In this document: positions 50,733-61,108 of the stretch, one piece after another | Numbering within the stretch: position 1 is the stretch's first letter | How the letters are laid out: each line of letters opens with the position of its first letter | From: Monocercomonoides exilis PA203 | Lineage: Eukaryota; Protista; Preaxostyla | Reading direction: 5' to 3' | Length of the DNA stretch: 64,000 nt | NCBI GenBank assembly: GCA_001643675.2 | Contig: LSRY02000030.1 | Span: 682,001-746,000 of the forward strand | Position numbers and translations under genes: made by a program | The notes under the pieces: model-generated | Told to the model about the DNA's origin: nothing | Database searches by the model: none | The model's input: the letters and a program-made list of their open reading frames with translations, nothing else

Positions 50733-52607
50733 TTATTTCAGAATATTTGCTGGGTTGTAATTTATTCCAATTGTCTTGTAGTGACCAACAAGATGATATG
50801 ACAGTCGCTTATGGAATTCGGTGTAATCTTTCTTCTCCTTCGGAGTCCACAGGGCTTCACTCAACGCAGCCAGACGAGGGAACGTGTTGTAATCGCGATT
50901 TTCCTGTCTCGGCAACCGCTCCGTCCACAGATTCGCTTGTCCCCCGATGACATGCTTTGCAGCTTTCTCTTTCTCGTCGTTGCTCATTCTCTGCCATTCA
51001 GCTGCATTTACCTCGTCTTCCTCGTTGTTGCCCTTTCTCCCTGAGCGCGGGATCGTCAAGCCCAATGGGTCGAAGTCGTACACGTGCTTCAGCCCAGCAT
51101 TGGCCAGCCGGTTGTCTTCGCTGTTCTCCCCAGGCAGAGGCGGCAGCGGGAACCGCGATGTGACACGGTTCATCAAAGGATACTCACGTTTAAACATTGC
51201 AAATGACGATGAAGAAGACGAAGAAGAAGAAAGTTCTTTTTCTTCGTTCTCCAATGCTGCCTCGTTGGCCTCGCTGAAGTCAAAGTAGCAGTGGGACATT
51301 GGAGACAGAACCACATCGTGTCCTTCTTTTGCCACGCTGTATGCTGTTGATGGAGAGCGCCACACCATCACTTGCTCATCAGGATCCATGTAGCCTGCAT
51401 GTGCAATCTCATCCCACCCAATAAGTCTCCTCCCTCTCTCCTTTGCATGATCTGCAAGCTGCTTCATTAAATAGCCGTGGAGATGGCCCACAGATGTCAG
51501 CTTGTGCTTTTCCATCTGCTTTTTGCAGTTCTCGCACCTGCTCCAGTCATGTGTTGGACACTCATCACCTCCGACGTGAATGACATTCCCGGGGAACAGA
51601 TTCATAACTTCCGTCAGAACATCCTGGAGGAATTCAACCACTTCGTCTTTTGTGCAAAACACAGGCGAAAAGATGCCCCAGGATGTGATCACTTTGACCT
51701 CTTTTCCAGAGCAAGAGAGCCAAGGATATGAGGCAATAGCTGCTACGGCATGGCCTGGGGTCTCGATTTCAGGTTGAATCCGAATAAATCGCTCGCTTGC
51801 GTACTTCACGATTTCTTTAATCTCATCTTGTGTGTAAAATCCTCCATAAATGTCATTCTGTTTTCCAGAATTAACATATCCTTGATCTTCATCTTCATTT
51901 TCAGAAACTTCATTTGTTCTTGATTTTTCTCCTCTCCACGCGCCAATCTCAGTGAGTTTTGGATATTTATTTATGTGTATTCTCCAACCTTGGTCATCAG
52001 ACAAATGAAAATGGAACACGCTCATTTTGTGAAGAGCAAGCAAATCAATCAAGCGTTTAACTTGTTCGACAGTTGAAAAATGTCTGCAAGTATCGAGCAT
52101 AAATCCTCTGTATGGGTACCGTGGATAATCCAATATTTCGACACATTGTATTGGAACGACATTCTTTGCAGATTCAGCTGTGCAATTTTTCGATTCAATA
52201 AATTCTGGAAGCATCTGGCGAATTGTTGTAAATGCATGAAACATTCCATGTGCAGTTTTTCCTTTTATGGTAATTTTAAATGGTTCAATTTTTAAAGTAT
52301 ATCCTTCTTCTTGTTCAATTGAATTATCATAAACGAAAACAACTTGAGATGTGCCTGTTGCAGGCTCGTTTCCTTCATATTCAACGACATCAAATTGAAT
52401 TCCAACTGAATTTTTAAAAAGATCATTGAAAGCATTGACCACATGTATGACTTGTTCATCGCCCTTTGGATAATTCAGCGTAACCTTCTCATGGAATAAA
52501 AATACTCCAGACAAAGGATTAACAGACACGGGCCAAGGTACAATATTTATGCTATCAATAGGACTCGCACAACAAACAAGTCCCAAAAAGAACAATCCAA
52601 TTATCAT
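50733..52607 (-). CDS. Beta-N-acetylhexosaminidase (glycoside hydrolase family 20), with signal peptide
   Basis: Intronless 624-aa ORF with a hydrophobic N-terminus. Motifs DYPRYPYRGFMLDTCRHF, HFHLSDDQGWR, PEIETPGH, catalytic HVGGDE and GGQANLWTE. Confidence 0.95.
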   Translation of the reverse strand: MIIGLFFLGLVCCASPIDSINIVPWPVSVNPLSGVFLFHEKVTLNYPKGDEQVIHVVNAFNDLFKNSVGIQFDVVEYEGNEPATGTSQVVFVYDNSIEQEEGYTLKIEPFKITIKGKTAHGMFHAFTTIRQMLPEFIESKNCTAESAKNVVPIQCVEILDYPRYPYRGFMLDTCRHFSTVEQVKRLIDLLALHKMSVFHFHLSDDQGWRIHINKYPKLTEIGAWRGEKSRTNEVSENEDEDQGYVNSGKQNDIYGGFYTQDEIKEIVKYASERFIRIQPEIETPGHAVAAIASYPWLSCSGKEVKVITSWGIFSPVFCTKDEVVEFLQDVLTEVMNLFPGNVIHVGGDECPTHDWSRCENCKKQMEKHKLTSVGHLHGYLMKQLADHAKERGRRLIGWDEIAHAGYMDPDEQVMVWRSPSTAYSVAKEGHDVVLSPMSHCYFDFSEANEAALENEEKELSSSSSSSSSFAMFKREYPLMNRVTSRFPLPPLPGENSEDNRLANAGLKHVYDFDPLGLTIPRSGRKGNNEEDEVNAAEWQRMSNDEKEKAAKHVIGGQANLWTERLPRQENRDYNTFPRLAALSEALWTPKEKKDYTEFHKRLSYHLVGHYKTIGINYNPANILK

Positions 52608-52913
52608 CTTGGTTTGATCTTTCAGATAATTTAATTTGAATATAAAACTTTTTGCTGTTTTCGATCATTTAAATAAACAAAAATGGAAAATTTACAAAAC
52701 ATTTATATATTAAAACAGATAAAAATAATAATTTCTGAATGTAAATATAAAAATCAAAACATTTGATATGTAATAAACTTAAATTTCTGGTAATATTTCT
52801 CGAAATAACAAATTGCATTCCGAAGAATATTTAATGCCTTCAAATGTATGAGATGAACTTAGAGTGATGTGTAGAAATGAAAGAATTCAGAGGGTGATAC
52901 GCGAAGATTCAGT

Positions 52914-54641
52914 CTACATAAAAGGATTGTCCTCATCAGCCTCAGTACCAGAAGCCTGCTCACCTCCAGCATCGCCATCGCCATCTCCCCCATTCGTGTC
53001 TGTGTTGCCTGTCGTGATATCTCCGAAGTCCATATCATCATACGTCACTTTAAACAGGTCTTCCATTTCTTCGTCTCCTCCTTCTCCTTCTCCTGTCTCA
53101 TCAACAGTCACTTCTCCCTCAGGTGCATGTGACTCTTCTGTCTCTTTGTTCTCTTCCTGTCCTTCGTCAAATGTCGCATCACCATATTCTCCCAGATCAT
53201 CTTCAGCAGCTTCATCAGCCTGGTGCTCATCAGCATTCTCCTCTGCTTCTCCTTCAATGTTGTCTTCTCCTCCTTCTTTCTCTTCTTCTTTTCCACTTTC
53301 TTCTGCTTCTGCTTCTGCTTCGGGCTCTGGCTCTGGTTCAGTCTTTGATCCTGGTTCTGGTTCAAATGCATCGTCTTTGTATTCTAGTTCTGTGTTCTCT
53401 TCTTCGTGTGATGTTTGTTCTTGATTGTCGGTTGTGGTTGTTTCAGATAAAGATGATGAAGAAGAAGTTGATGTTGTTGTTGTTGGTGAAGATGTTGATG
53501 ATGATGAGGAAGAAGAAGAAGAAGAAGAAGAATAGGAATTCATATAACTTGTGCTAGGTCTTGATCCACTAACATATTTTTTCTCTGGTTTTTTCTTCTT
53601 TCCTTTTTTCTTCTCTTCTCCTTCAAATCCATCATCATCGTCATCATCATCGTCATCTCCATCTCCTCCAGCATTTTCAGACGATGCTGCTCCTGAGTAG
53701 AAGTTCCTTATTGTTTTGCCTTCCTTCTCCATCATCTTCTTCTTCGGGTCGTTTGTGTACAGCCTCGAAACTGTCTCGCTCTCCTTGCTGCTGATCGTCC
53801 GCATCCTCTTTTCATTCTGGCTTGTCCAGTCCTTCTGCCTCTTCTGCTCTTTTCTCTGCATTTCTTCCTCTTCTTTCTGCCGCATCTTCAGTTCCCGCTG
53901 CTTTTTCTGCCGCTGCACATCGCTCAAATAAAGCCGGGCAACAATGTGCTCGTTGGTGACTCTCAATCCATAGCTCACATCTTTTCTTTTCATTTCCTCC
54001 TCCTCTGCAATCGGGTCATACTGCCGCCCTCTCTGCTGATCTTGTGCTTTCAGCAGCTGATGCAGTCCTCTTAATCCTTCATTACGCCTTGTTGGCCGGG
54101 GACGCTGCACAGGAAGTGTGTGTGTTGGCCTCGAAAGCTCGTCCCTCATTCGTTCTTTTTCTGTTTTCTTTCGTCTCATTCCTTCTCCGCTGTTGCCCAA
54201 TGTCCTATTGCGTTGTGAAGAACGCGAGACGGCCGATGAAGGACGTGAAGCGTAAGAATGTGAATTGTGTGGTGAAGAACTACTTAAGGAAGAATATGGC
54301 GATCCACGAGAATGGGCTGTTTGTGGTCGAGTCTGTTCGGGTCTGTATCCCGGTGACGTGGCATTTTCACTGACTTCGTCATTCGATGTGGACGAAATAT
54401 CCTTTTGTTCTTCAAGCTTTACAATTAGCCGATGGGTTGCAATGAGATTATTTTCTTCATCAATAAAAGCAATTGGACGATTAAACCATCTTCCCAGTGA
54501 ATTCCACAGTGGCCTAGCAGAAAATTGCTGATCGAATCTTACGGGTCTTTCGGAAGAGCCATCATCAATGAGAAGAGTGCAAGTTAGGCTTGAATTTTGT
54601 TGATAAGAATGAAAAGTGTCTTTGAGTAAAATGTCAAGCAA
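52914..54641 (-). CDS. Hypothetical protein with coiled-coil and acidic low-complexity C-terminus (5' exon probably upstream)
   Basis: 575-codon open frame with coding-like composition. It begins at a non-ATG codon, so an upstream exon is likely. No family was recognised. Confidence 0.6.
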   Translation of the reverse strand: MLDILLKDTFHSYQQNSSLTCTLLIDDGSSERPVRFDQQFSARPLWNSLGRWFNRPIAFIDEENNLIATHRLIVKLEEQKDISSTSNDEVSENATSPGYRPEQTRPQTAHSRGSPYSSLSSSSPHNSHSYASRPSSAVSRSSQRNRTLGNSGEGMRRKKTEKERMRDELSRPTHTLPVQRPRPTRRNEGLRGLHQLLKAQDQQRGRQYDPIAEEEEMKRKDVSYGLRVTNEHIVARLYLSDVQRQKKQRELKMRQKEEEEMQRKEQKRQKDWTSQNEKRMRTISSKESETVSRLYTNDPKKKMMEKEGKTIRNFYSGAASSENAGGDGDDDDDDDDDGFEGEEKKKGKKKKPEKKYVSGSRPSTSYMNSYSSSSSSSSSSSSTSSPTTTTSTSSSSSLSETTTTDNQEQTSHEEENTELEYKDDAFEPEPGSKTEPEPEPEAEAEAEESGKEEEKEGGEDNIEGEAEENADEHQADEAAEDDLGEYGDATFDEGQEENKETEESHAPEGEVTVDETGEGEGGDEEMEDLFKVTYDDMDFGDITTGNTDTNGGDGDGDAGGEQASGTEADEDNPFM

Positions 54642-55099
54642 GAAAATTGTGCTTTAATATCACAGGATAAAAAAATCATACCTTCATCTATCTCGAACAT
54701 GCAACGCTTTTGCTGCAAAAATGGAGAACTTAAAAATTCATAAGGAAAATGGAGAAGCCTTTGAAAAACAGAAACTTATAATGCTTGAATTTTATCAATA
54801 ACACACTGAATTCCAATTTGCATCGAACTGCCAGGCGAAAAGCGATCACTTTTCAATGCGAAGTGAGTTATTTCAAAATAAAATGCTATTTTCATAACTG
54901 AAATTTAAAAATATGGGAAGATATTTTTATTTTCGAGTTGCTGAAGTTTCAAAAATCCTGTTTGCATTTATTTATATTGAATTATAAACAAATTCTTCTG
55001 TTTTCTTCGACACTTTGTTGGGAACAAGAGTTATTTATTTGAATCAACATTTATCAAAGATTTTAAGAAATTGCTTTTATTGAAGATTTTGATGGATTA

Positions 55100-57289
55100 A
55101 TGGCAAATACATCAGAACCTTTGCAAAAAGAGATATCGTATAATTGTCCTGTAATTTATGGAGCTTCTGGATTTCCTCTTTACATTTTGGCTGTTCTATA
55201 TTTTCTGTCATTGATGTATTCTGGATTTTACACTGCAGCTGATTTTAGATCGCAAAAAAGAAAAAGAAATCGATTAAAAATTTTATTTCTAATCGCAATT
55301 TTTATATTTCTTTTTATTAAGACTTTTTTTCTTGTCGTTCCACTTCCTTATTCCATGTTCTCATCTTCATTCGCATGTTACTCGTTTCCTCGTTTTATCT
55401 TACTAATTGCATGGGAACTCATCGTTTTGTGGCTTGGCCCATCTGTTGCAATTCAAAGAAAAATTACAAAATGCAGAAGAATGACAATTCCAATAGTTTT
55501 TGTTATTATTGATATTGTTGTTTTAGCGCTTAATTTCTGCTTTAGCTTTTTGCGCCAGGTTAGCGTCATTTGTCATTCGTTTATAGGTTGATTATTTAAT
55601 CAATTTTTTGTCTGTTTTTTGAATAATAGAATGAGTTTGCTAATCCGAAGGACAATGAAAATGATAGCAATGATCCTACAACCTTTTTGTCTTATATAGG
55701 ACTTGCAGTGACTTATTTTATTATTGCATTGTTTACAGGTGCATACTGCATTGTGCTTGTGCACACGGTTAAAGTGGGCAAGCTGAATCGACAGTTGAAG
55801 TGGAGAACAAAAGTGTTACTGCTTGTTACATTTATCCAATGTATTCTGTATTTTGCTCGCTGCTTCTGGAATGTTGCGGTTGTGTTTGGATTCAATGTCA
55901 TCAAGGATTTGTGGGTGACTACATTTCAAGAATGCTTTCAAAATGGAATATGGTATGTTATTGTGGCGTCATAAAGTTTTAGCCAAAAGAATATTTAGAT
56001 TGAAATCATTGACAATTTTGTTTTTGCTTGTTTATTTGTTTATTTGACTTATTTTGATTGAAACTTTGAAATTATTCACATTTGTATATATATGTCATAA
56101 AATGGACATTTTCTTTCTTTCTTTCTTTTTTGCATCCCCACTTTACATATTTTTTCTGTGCAGTTGGAATTATTATCTCCACTACTTAGCATTCTACGTC
56201 ATATTTGATCTCCTTCCCTCTCTTCTTCTTCTCGTTGCCTTCTCGCACATCACCCAGCGCAAGCAGAGCAACTCTGCCAGTTCCAGTTCCAAATCCAGCA
56301 TCAATTCCTTATCGTCCTACGATATTCGTGGGATGGCCAGCAGTGCATCTGCCTCTTCTCTTGCCCTATCCACCACGTCTTCTCAGGACTCTTCACTCGA
56401 CACGGGCTCCAGCAGCATGTCCCTCCGCCGTCCAGTCATCGGCACGGAGCGGAATGACATTCTGACTGGCCTGAACACGACGGGGTACAACAATGGCTAC
56501 GACTTCAACCTGCTCTCCACGGACGACTCCATTTTGGATGGGAAAGGAAGGAGCAAGTGGAGGAAGAACGACAAGCTCCGTGCGCTGCAAGACACCTCCC
56601 AGTCAGACATTAGAGACGGGCAAAGCGGCGGGTATACGCCCCAGGACATGTACTCTATGTATCTGGCAGCGTCGTTCTATGGCATTCAGGATCAGTACGG
56701 CATGATCCCCATCGCGAACACTGCGGCAGCCAGAGAGACTGTACCAGCACTCGAGCCTTGTCTTGGAGAATCGCCGTCTTCTTTGACTTCGAAAATGCAT
56801 TCTTCTTCTTCTTCTTCTTCCTCTAAGAAAAGGCCTCGCGATGCAGGTATCTATCATTCCAGATCACCTTCTCCTTCTTTGTCTTCTTCAGCACGTCATT
56901 CGCCATCTTCTCGCGCTCAACCTTCGATTTTTACCAGACGGGAGCAGCATCTTCCAGACAGCAGCGATGGAATTGTTTCTTTGCTATCACCGTCATATGC
57001 ACAAAATGGGGCACGTCTTGCTGGATATATAGAAAAAGAAGAGGGGCAGGGAAATGTGTATCTTCAGCAATCACAGTATATTCGAGGCAGCAATGAAGCA
57101 GATGGGAAAGAGAACTATTCTGGAAGGAGAAGTGATATGAACGACGAAGCAGCTAATTATGAGGCTGATGGGTCAGCAATTTCTCGAGATGGTTACAACT
57201 ATAGCGATGAAGCGAAAAGGACAGTGAAGAAAAAGAAGAAGAAGAAGAAGAAGAAGTTGAAGCGGATGGAGATTGGCGATGAATCTTAG
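55100..57289 (+). CDS. Seven-transmembrane protein resembling the GPR137 / TOM1-THH1 family, with a long Ser-rich cytoplasmic tail
   Basis: Spliced model 55100-55558, 55630-55952, 56164-57289. It has seven hydrophobic segments, the last being YLAFYVIFDLLPSLLLLVAF. The family assignment is by motif resemblance only. Confidence 0.7.
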
Positions 57290-58036
57290 TAATTTATTGC
57301 TGTAATGTTTATAACACATGTCGAAAAACACTTACTTAATCTATTAATCTGTTTGAGACTTTACATTTTTATTTCATTTACAAATGAGTTCTTGGTTGAA
57401 GGGAATATATTGTTTTGCGAACGCAATCATTGCAATTTATTTGATTGTGGTATTTGTTTGCGTGAGTGTGTTTTGATAATAAATAATTTTCTATCTTTTT
57501 TTTTTCTTTTTTTTTCGTTTTTTTACATGTACTTTTGTTTTGGTAATGTGATATGCATTTGTAAAAATTATTTTATAAGAGTATAAAAAATATTTGGTTT
57601 TTTGTTAACTTTAGTTTTTGTAAAGGCAGATCGAAATAATATTTTCATGAATTTTTCATGTGTTCAACAATTGTTCAGAATAAAATATTACAAACAGAGA
57701 AAACAACATACACGATTATTGGAAGCAATGAACAACTTTTAGTAAATACTCATTTAATCAATTCGAATAATTATTTATTGAAAGAGTATTTTTTAAACAC
57801 ACTTATGACATAAACTCTTCATTTGTTTTTCTATCTGGAATAATAACTTATCAATAATTTTTTAAGATTATCAAAAGAAAATTTCAAATTACGTTCACAA
57901 TCGATCTCATTTGTAGCAATTCCATCTGACAAATAGAAAAATATTTTTTGGCTCAATTTGATTTATGTTATTCTTTTTTGAACAATAAAATTTCAATTTA
58001 AAAAAGAATTCGGTTTGGAAATTTGATAAAAGCGCG

Positions 58037-58566
58037 TGAGTGATTATTTTTGAAATCAAATTTTTTTTTCAAAAAAAAATTTCGTTCCAAAGATTTTCTT
58101 GAATATTATCATATGGGACAAAATATTTAACTTCAAGCATTCTCATTAAAAATAATGCACTTTTCATTGAATTTTTTAATCATTGAAAACACAATAAATA
58201 TGTGTTCACATTTTGACATTCGTGAAATATTGGAATACTTTCTGTTTTGATTTTAATGATGCCTGTTCACGGATATGAAAATTAGATTTATTTTGAAATC
58301 TGAGAAAGAGAAATAAAGTTATGAGTGAAACAATGATTCAAAGCCTTGTGCAAAAAAAGCTTGAAAGACCATATTTTCACCCATATGAACGTTGAAAAGT
58401 GAAAAGGCTTATTGAAGACATTATTATCTTTTATTCCGCAAAAAATATTTGTTATTGAATCAGTTGTGATGAATTCAGCATTTGAATTTGAAATCTCTTC
58501 CCAATGACAAGCAATCTTTGAAAATAACACCCTGAAATAATATATGATTTCAAAAATTATCACCCA
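58037..58566. mobile_element. MITE family B copy (reverse of 25823-26079) interrupted by a family A MITE
   Basis: 58037-58111 and 58386-58566 align to the reverse complement of 25823-26079. Removing the 270-bp insert plus the duplicated TA leaves 258 bp, versus 257 bp for the other copy. Confidence 0.75.
58114..58383. mobile_element. MITE family A (270 bp), TA-flanked
   Basis: Ends read TA|TGGGACAAAATAT ... ATATTTTCACCCA|TA. Homologous to 9280-9549. Confidence 0.8.
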
Positions 58567-58700
58567 TATAGTCTTTGAATGTAGTTATATCTTTTAAGTG
58601 ATCATTTATCAGTATTAAAAGAAATTTGAAGAAGCGAAATTTTTGTTAGAGAACACATTGATAAAATTATAATCACCTGAACGCAAAAATTTTTATTCAA

Positions 58701-58914
58701 TGAAAAGTTCCTTTTGTTTGATATTCAAATAAAATAAATATTTCATATTTCAATCAGTTTTCTGTTCCCACTCACAAAATTTCGATGTCATGAAAGAAAA
58801 ATCTTTAAAATGTTATTATTTCCATTTTTGTGAATTTTCATGATTGGGAACAGAAATTTGATCGAACTATAAAATTTTTATATTATTTGTGAATTAAACA
58901 AAAGGAACTTTTCA
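58701..58914. repeat. 214-bp imperfect foldback (MITE-like)
   Basis: Perfect 19-bp outer inverted repeat TGAAAAGTTCCTTTTGTTT / AAACAAAAGGAACTTTTCA, plus an inner pair TTTCTGTTCCCA / TGGGAACAGAAA. Confidence 0.75.
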
Positions 58915-59221
58915 AAAATATTTGACTATTATTGCTTTTTTTAAAGAAGAGCACTATTTGTCCAATCTTTTCACCTTTCATATCACAACAAATCGAACAA
59001 TTATGTCCTTTTTATTCAAATAAATTACAAAATATTTTTTGCTAAAAAAATGCAAAGAAAAAAAAAACAATTATTTTTTCAGAAAAAATCTCTTTAAAAT
59101 ATCTAAGAACTCTTTTGTTTTCTTTTGATTTTTCATTTCAACTCTTTTCAATCAATTTGACTTTTCATTATTGTCTTCATTATTGTCTTCTTCTTTTTTT
59201 CCTTCTCTTTATTTTTATTAT

Positions 59222-59222
<1 letters not shown>

Positions 59223-59265
<43 letters not shown>
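59223..59265. repeat. Poly(A) tract of about 40 nt
   Basis: Visible directly in the sequence. Confidence 0.9.
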
Positions 59266-59267
<2 letters not shown>

Positions 59268-59791
59268 TGGAAATTAATCAAATTGCTTTTTATTTTTCAT
59301 AATTTGTTTGATATTGGAGCAATAAAATATCTAATTAATTAATGAAAGTGATTTTATTATAGAAAATATTCATTATCGTAAACTGTGAATAATTTTTAAT
59401 GAAAATTTTATTATGTTAATTTACCTATTCTGAATTATTTTTGGTGATTCTTCTTTCTTAATACTTTGTCAAAAACTTTTATTCTATAAATGGAAAATAT
59501 CACTTATGTTTGTCGTAACGGAGAAGCATTTGTTATATTTACATGAGCTTCATCCCAACTAACTCATTGCTTCGCAAACAAAATCAAAAAATAAGAAAAA
59601 GAATTTAGGAAATGCAGACAAAGAAAAAAGCAAGAGCAATAACGACAAACAATTAAAAATAAAAAAGACAGCTCCATTAATATAATTTGCAAGCAAGTTA
59701 TATTAGAAAGCAAATTGTGTATATATACTTTCAAAAAAAGTTCAACCTCTTTTAAGATTAATAAAAAAATATAAGCTCAACAGTTATTCGC

Positions 59792-61108
59792 TTAGCAATT
59801 TGCAATAGACGAAACTAAACGTTTAAATTCATTCAGATTGTTCTGATTATACACCAATTTATCATTCAAACGCAGATATGTGAATGCTTCAACTTTACCA
59901 CCTTTGTTGCATGTGTTTTGAATAACTCTGTTATAGGCGGTGCTGTCGTACCTCTCCAATGCATTCTCAGATGACATTGTAACACCTGATTGTCTTGTAG
60001 CTTGAATGACTTGATTGACCAAATCCTCTGGCTGGCATCTTGAGTCTGAAGGCTGTTCATTATTTGACATCTCAAAGCAAGTAAAGTCAAATATCACTCC
60101 AAGCTCTCTAAGCAAACTAGCAACGCGCTTGTAGAAATCTGATCCGCTAATTCCATTACCATTCACATATCCAGTTGTCATCTCTGAAGCATGTGATGCA
60201 TGGCCATACCACCAATGGATTCCTGCGACTTTCATGGCAACTGCGCAATTGCTGCTGCGGAAAATGGAAACAGCTGGGGTCAAGATTTTGCGAGCATGCT
60301 CAATCAACAAGTTGGAATACCAGTTCATAAAGAATTTTCCATATTCAGTCTGATATCCTCCTGAATTTGCACGGAAGAAACTTGTATCATCTGGGCGAGA
60401 ATTGTAAGATCCAGCATCTGTTGGAGGAGAATCCCATTCTGGATGATTTGCTGCTTTTGATGCATTTTGGAACATTTGCTTCATTTTTGGTGCGAAAGCT
60501 TGAAACTCTCCAACACCTGGGAATGACCATCTGTCAGATTGATATCCTGGATATCTCAGTTCACCACATGGTCCAAGACCAACTTGAATTTCATTGATAA
60601 CGGTTCCAATGCGGTTGCCCATGCTTTGCTTGAACGCATTCATGTAATCAGTATAAACTTGAACGGGAGTTCGACCTTGAAGAACAGGATCATTATCAAC
60701 AAATAATCCAACAACTTCCTTGTCGTCATGTCCATGAACATCACGGTACCAGATGTCATTTACGTTTCTGACCCATTCGGGAATTGGAATATAAACATTA
60801 TCTCCAACATTTCCTCCGCATTGATGGAAACTCATGACGCATTGAAGCTTAAGTCCAGCTTGTTGGCAAAGATCTGCAAGACGCTGATATCCTCCAAAAT
60901 TATAGCGCTTTGGAGATGGTTCGCAAATTCCCCACCACACATCCACCATAACTCCGTAAACTCCAGCATTTTTAAGAATTCCAAAACTTCTAACAGCTGT
61001 TTCATTCAGCTTTCCGTTATTTGCAACAGTATCCAAAGGCATCATAACATTAACTTTTGTTGCGCTGCAAATGCTAGAAATAGCAATTAAAATGCAAAGT
61101 GCGTTCAT
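59792..61108 (-). CDS. Beta-amylase (glycoside hydrolase family 14), with signal peptide
   Basis: Intronless. The ATG at 61108 gives MNALCILIAISSICSA-TKVNVMMPLD. Motifs GVMVDVWWG, SFHQCGGNVGD, GLGPCGELRYP, FTCFEM and ENAL include both catalytic glutamates. Confidence 0.95.
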   Translation of the reverse strand: MNALCILIAISSICSATKVNVMMPLDTVANNGKLNETAVRSFGILKNAGVYGVMVDVWWGICEPSPKRYNFGGYQRLADLCQQAGLKLQCVMSFHQCGGNVGDNVYIPIPEWVRNVNDIWYRDVHGHDDKEVVGLFVDNDPVLQGRTPVQVYTDYMNAFKQSMGNRIGTVINEIQVGLGPCGELRYPGYQSDRWSFPGVGEFQAFAPKMKQMFQNASKAANHPEWDSPPTDAGSYNSRPDDTSFFRANSGGYQTEYGKFFMNWYSNLLIEHARKILTPAVSIFRSSNCAVAMKVAGIHWWYGHASHASEMTTGYVNGNGISGSDFYKRVASLLRELGVIFDFTCFEMSNNEQPSDSRCQPEDLVNQVIQATRQSGVTMSSENALERYDSTAYNRVIQNTCNKGGKVEAFTYLRLNDKLVYNQNNLNEFKRLVSSIANC

